A DNA stretch of 64,000 bases from Squalus acanthias (lineage: Eukaryota). Within the stretch, counting starts at the first letter, position 1. Each line of letters opens with the position of its first letter. The DNA is taken from NCBI GenBank assembly GCA_030390025.1, contig CM059432.1, positions 101,868,001-101,932,000 of the forward strand, in the 5' to 3' direction. The translations under genes were made by a program, and so were the position numbers. The notes beneath the pieces were generated by a model. That model saw only the letters and a list, made by a program, of their open reading frames with translations. It made no database searches and was not told the DNA's origin. This document shows positions 63,541 to 64,000 of the stretch, one piece after another.

Positions 63541-64000
63541 TTACTTCAAAAGTACTTAATTGGCTGTAAAGCACTTTGGGATGTCCTGAAGTCATGAAAG
63601 GCTGGTTTGTCAGAAACAAGGGCCTCCTGACCACATCTAGTCAGATTTAGTTGCTTCTACTCTGCCAGCAGTATGTCTTACTCCAAACATCAGAAGAGCA
63701 CACCTTACTGGCACTGTGTGATTTTATTTTTAACTTCACAAACCAGCATCCATACAGCCCTTGTAAGTACCAATTTATTGACTTATTGGCCCAATTTTTT
63801 ATGTGGAAGGTGGGTTGGGAGCGGGGGAGCTCCGAAGCAGTTGGGAAACCTGGGAGAACGGGTTTCCTGCAGGCCCTGCTGAATTTAGCGGCTGGGCCTG
63901 CTTTGCTTGGGGAAGCCTCTGGTCCCCCCCGTCGCAGCCAGCCCCCCTTCCCGCCTCCGTTAAAACCGAAGTGAGCGGGTTGAAGGCGGGTTCTGGTCGG

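Noticed and set aside
1..64000. Strand bias of retroelements against the host gene
   Set aside because: Sense (solo LTR, Gypsy, several LINEs) and antisense (large CR1, ERV, PLE bodies) insertions are both common; no clear bias by eye.

Overview
Vertebrate genomic DNA, most likely a cartilaginous fish (shark); this is inferred from the repeat repertoire, not proven. The window is almost entirely intronic. The only host coding sequence found is a 113-bp exon on the minus strand (59731-59843) encoding the end of the first CUB domain of CSMD3; it is too short for the ORF track. The rest is a dense, nested transposon landscape. It holds CR1 LINEs (one near-intact ORF2), a second LINE family and SINE fragments. 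It holds many PIF/Harbinger-type MITEs and decayed Harbinger genes (transposase, and a 3-exon Myb/SANT gene), plus a Tc1/mariner-type MITE. LTR elements are a 1.64-kb solo LTR, a truncated ERV-like LTR+gag, and a two-LTR CsRn1-like Gypsy element whose RT/RNase H core is replaced by a fold-back inverted duplication. Penelope-like elements carry minimal hammerhead ribozyme motifs. Most notable: an inverted Penelope terminal repeat places an intact-looking hammerhead in the sense of the CSMD3 pre-mRNA, within a ~470-bp inverted repeat. No clearly new biological system can be proven from sequence alone. Most short ORFs in the track are spurious or transposon-derived.
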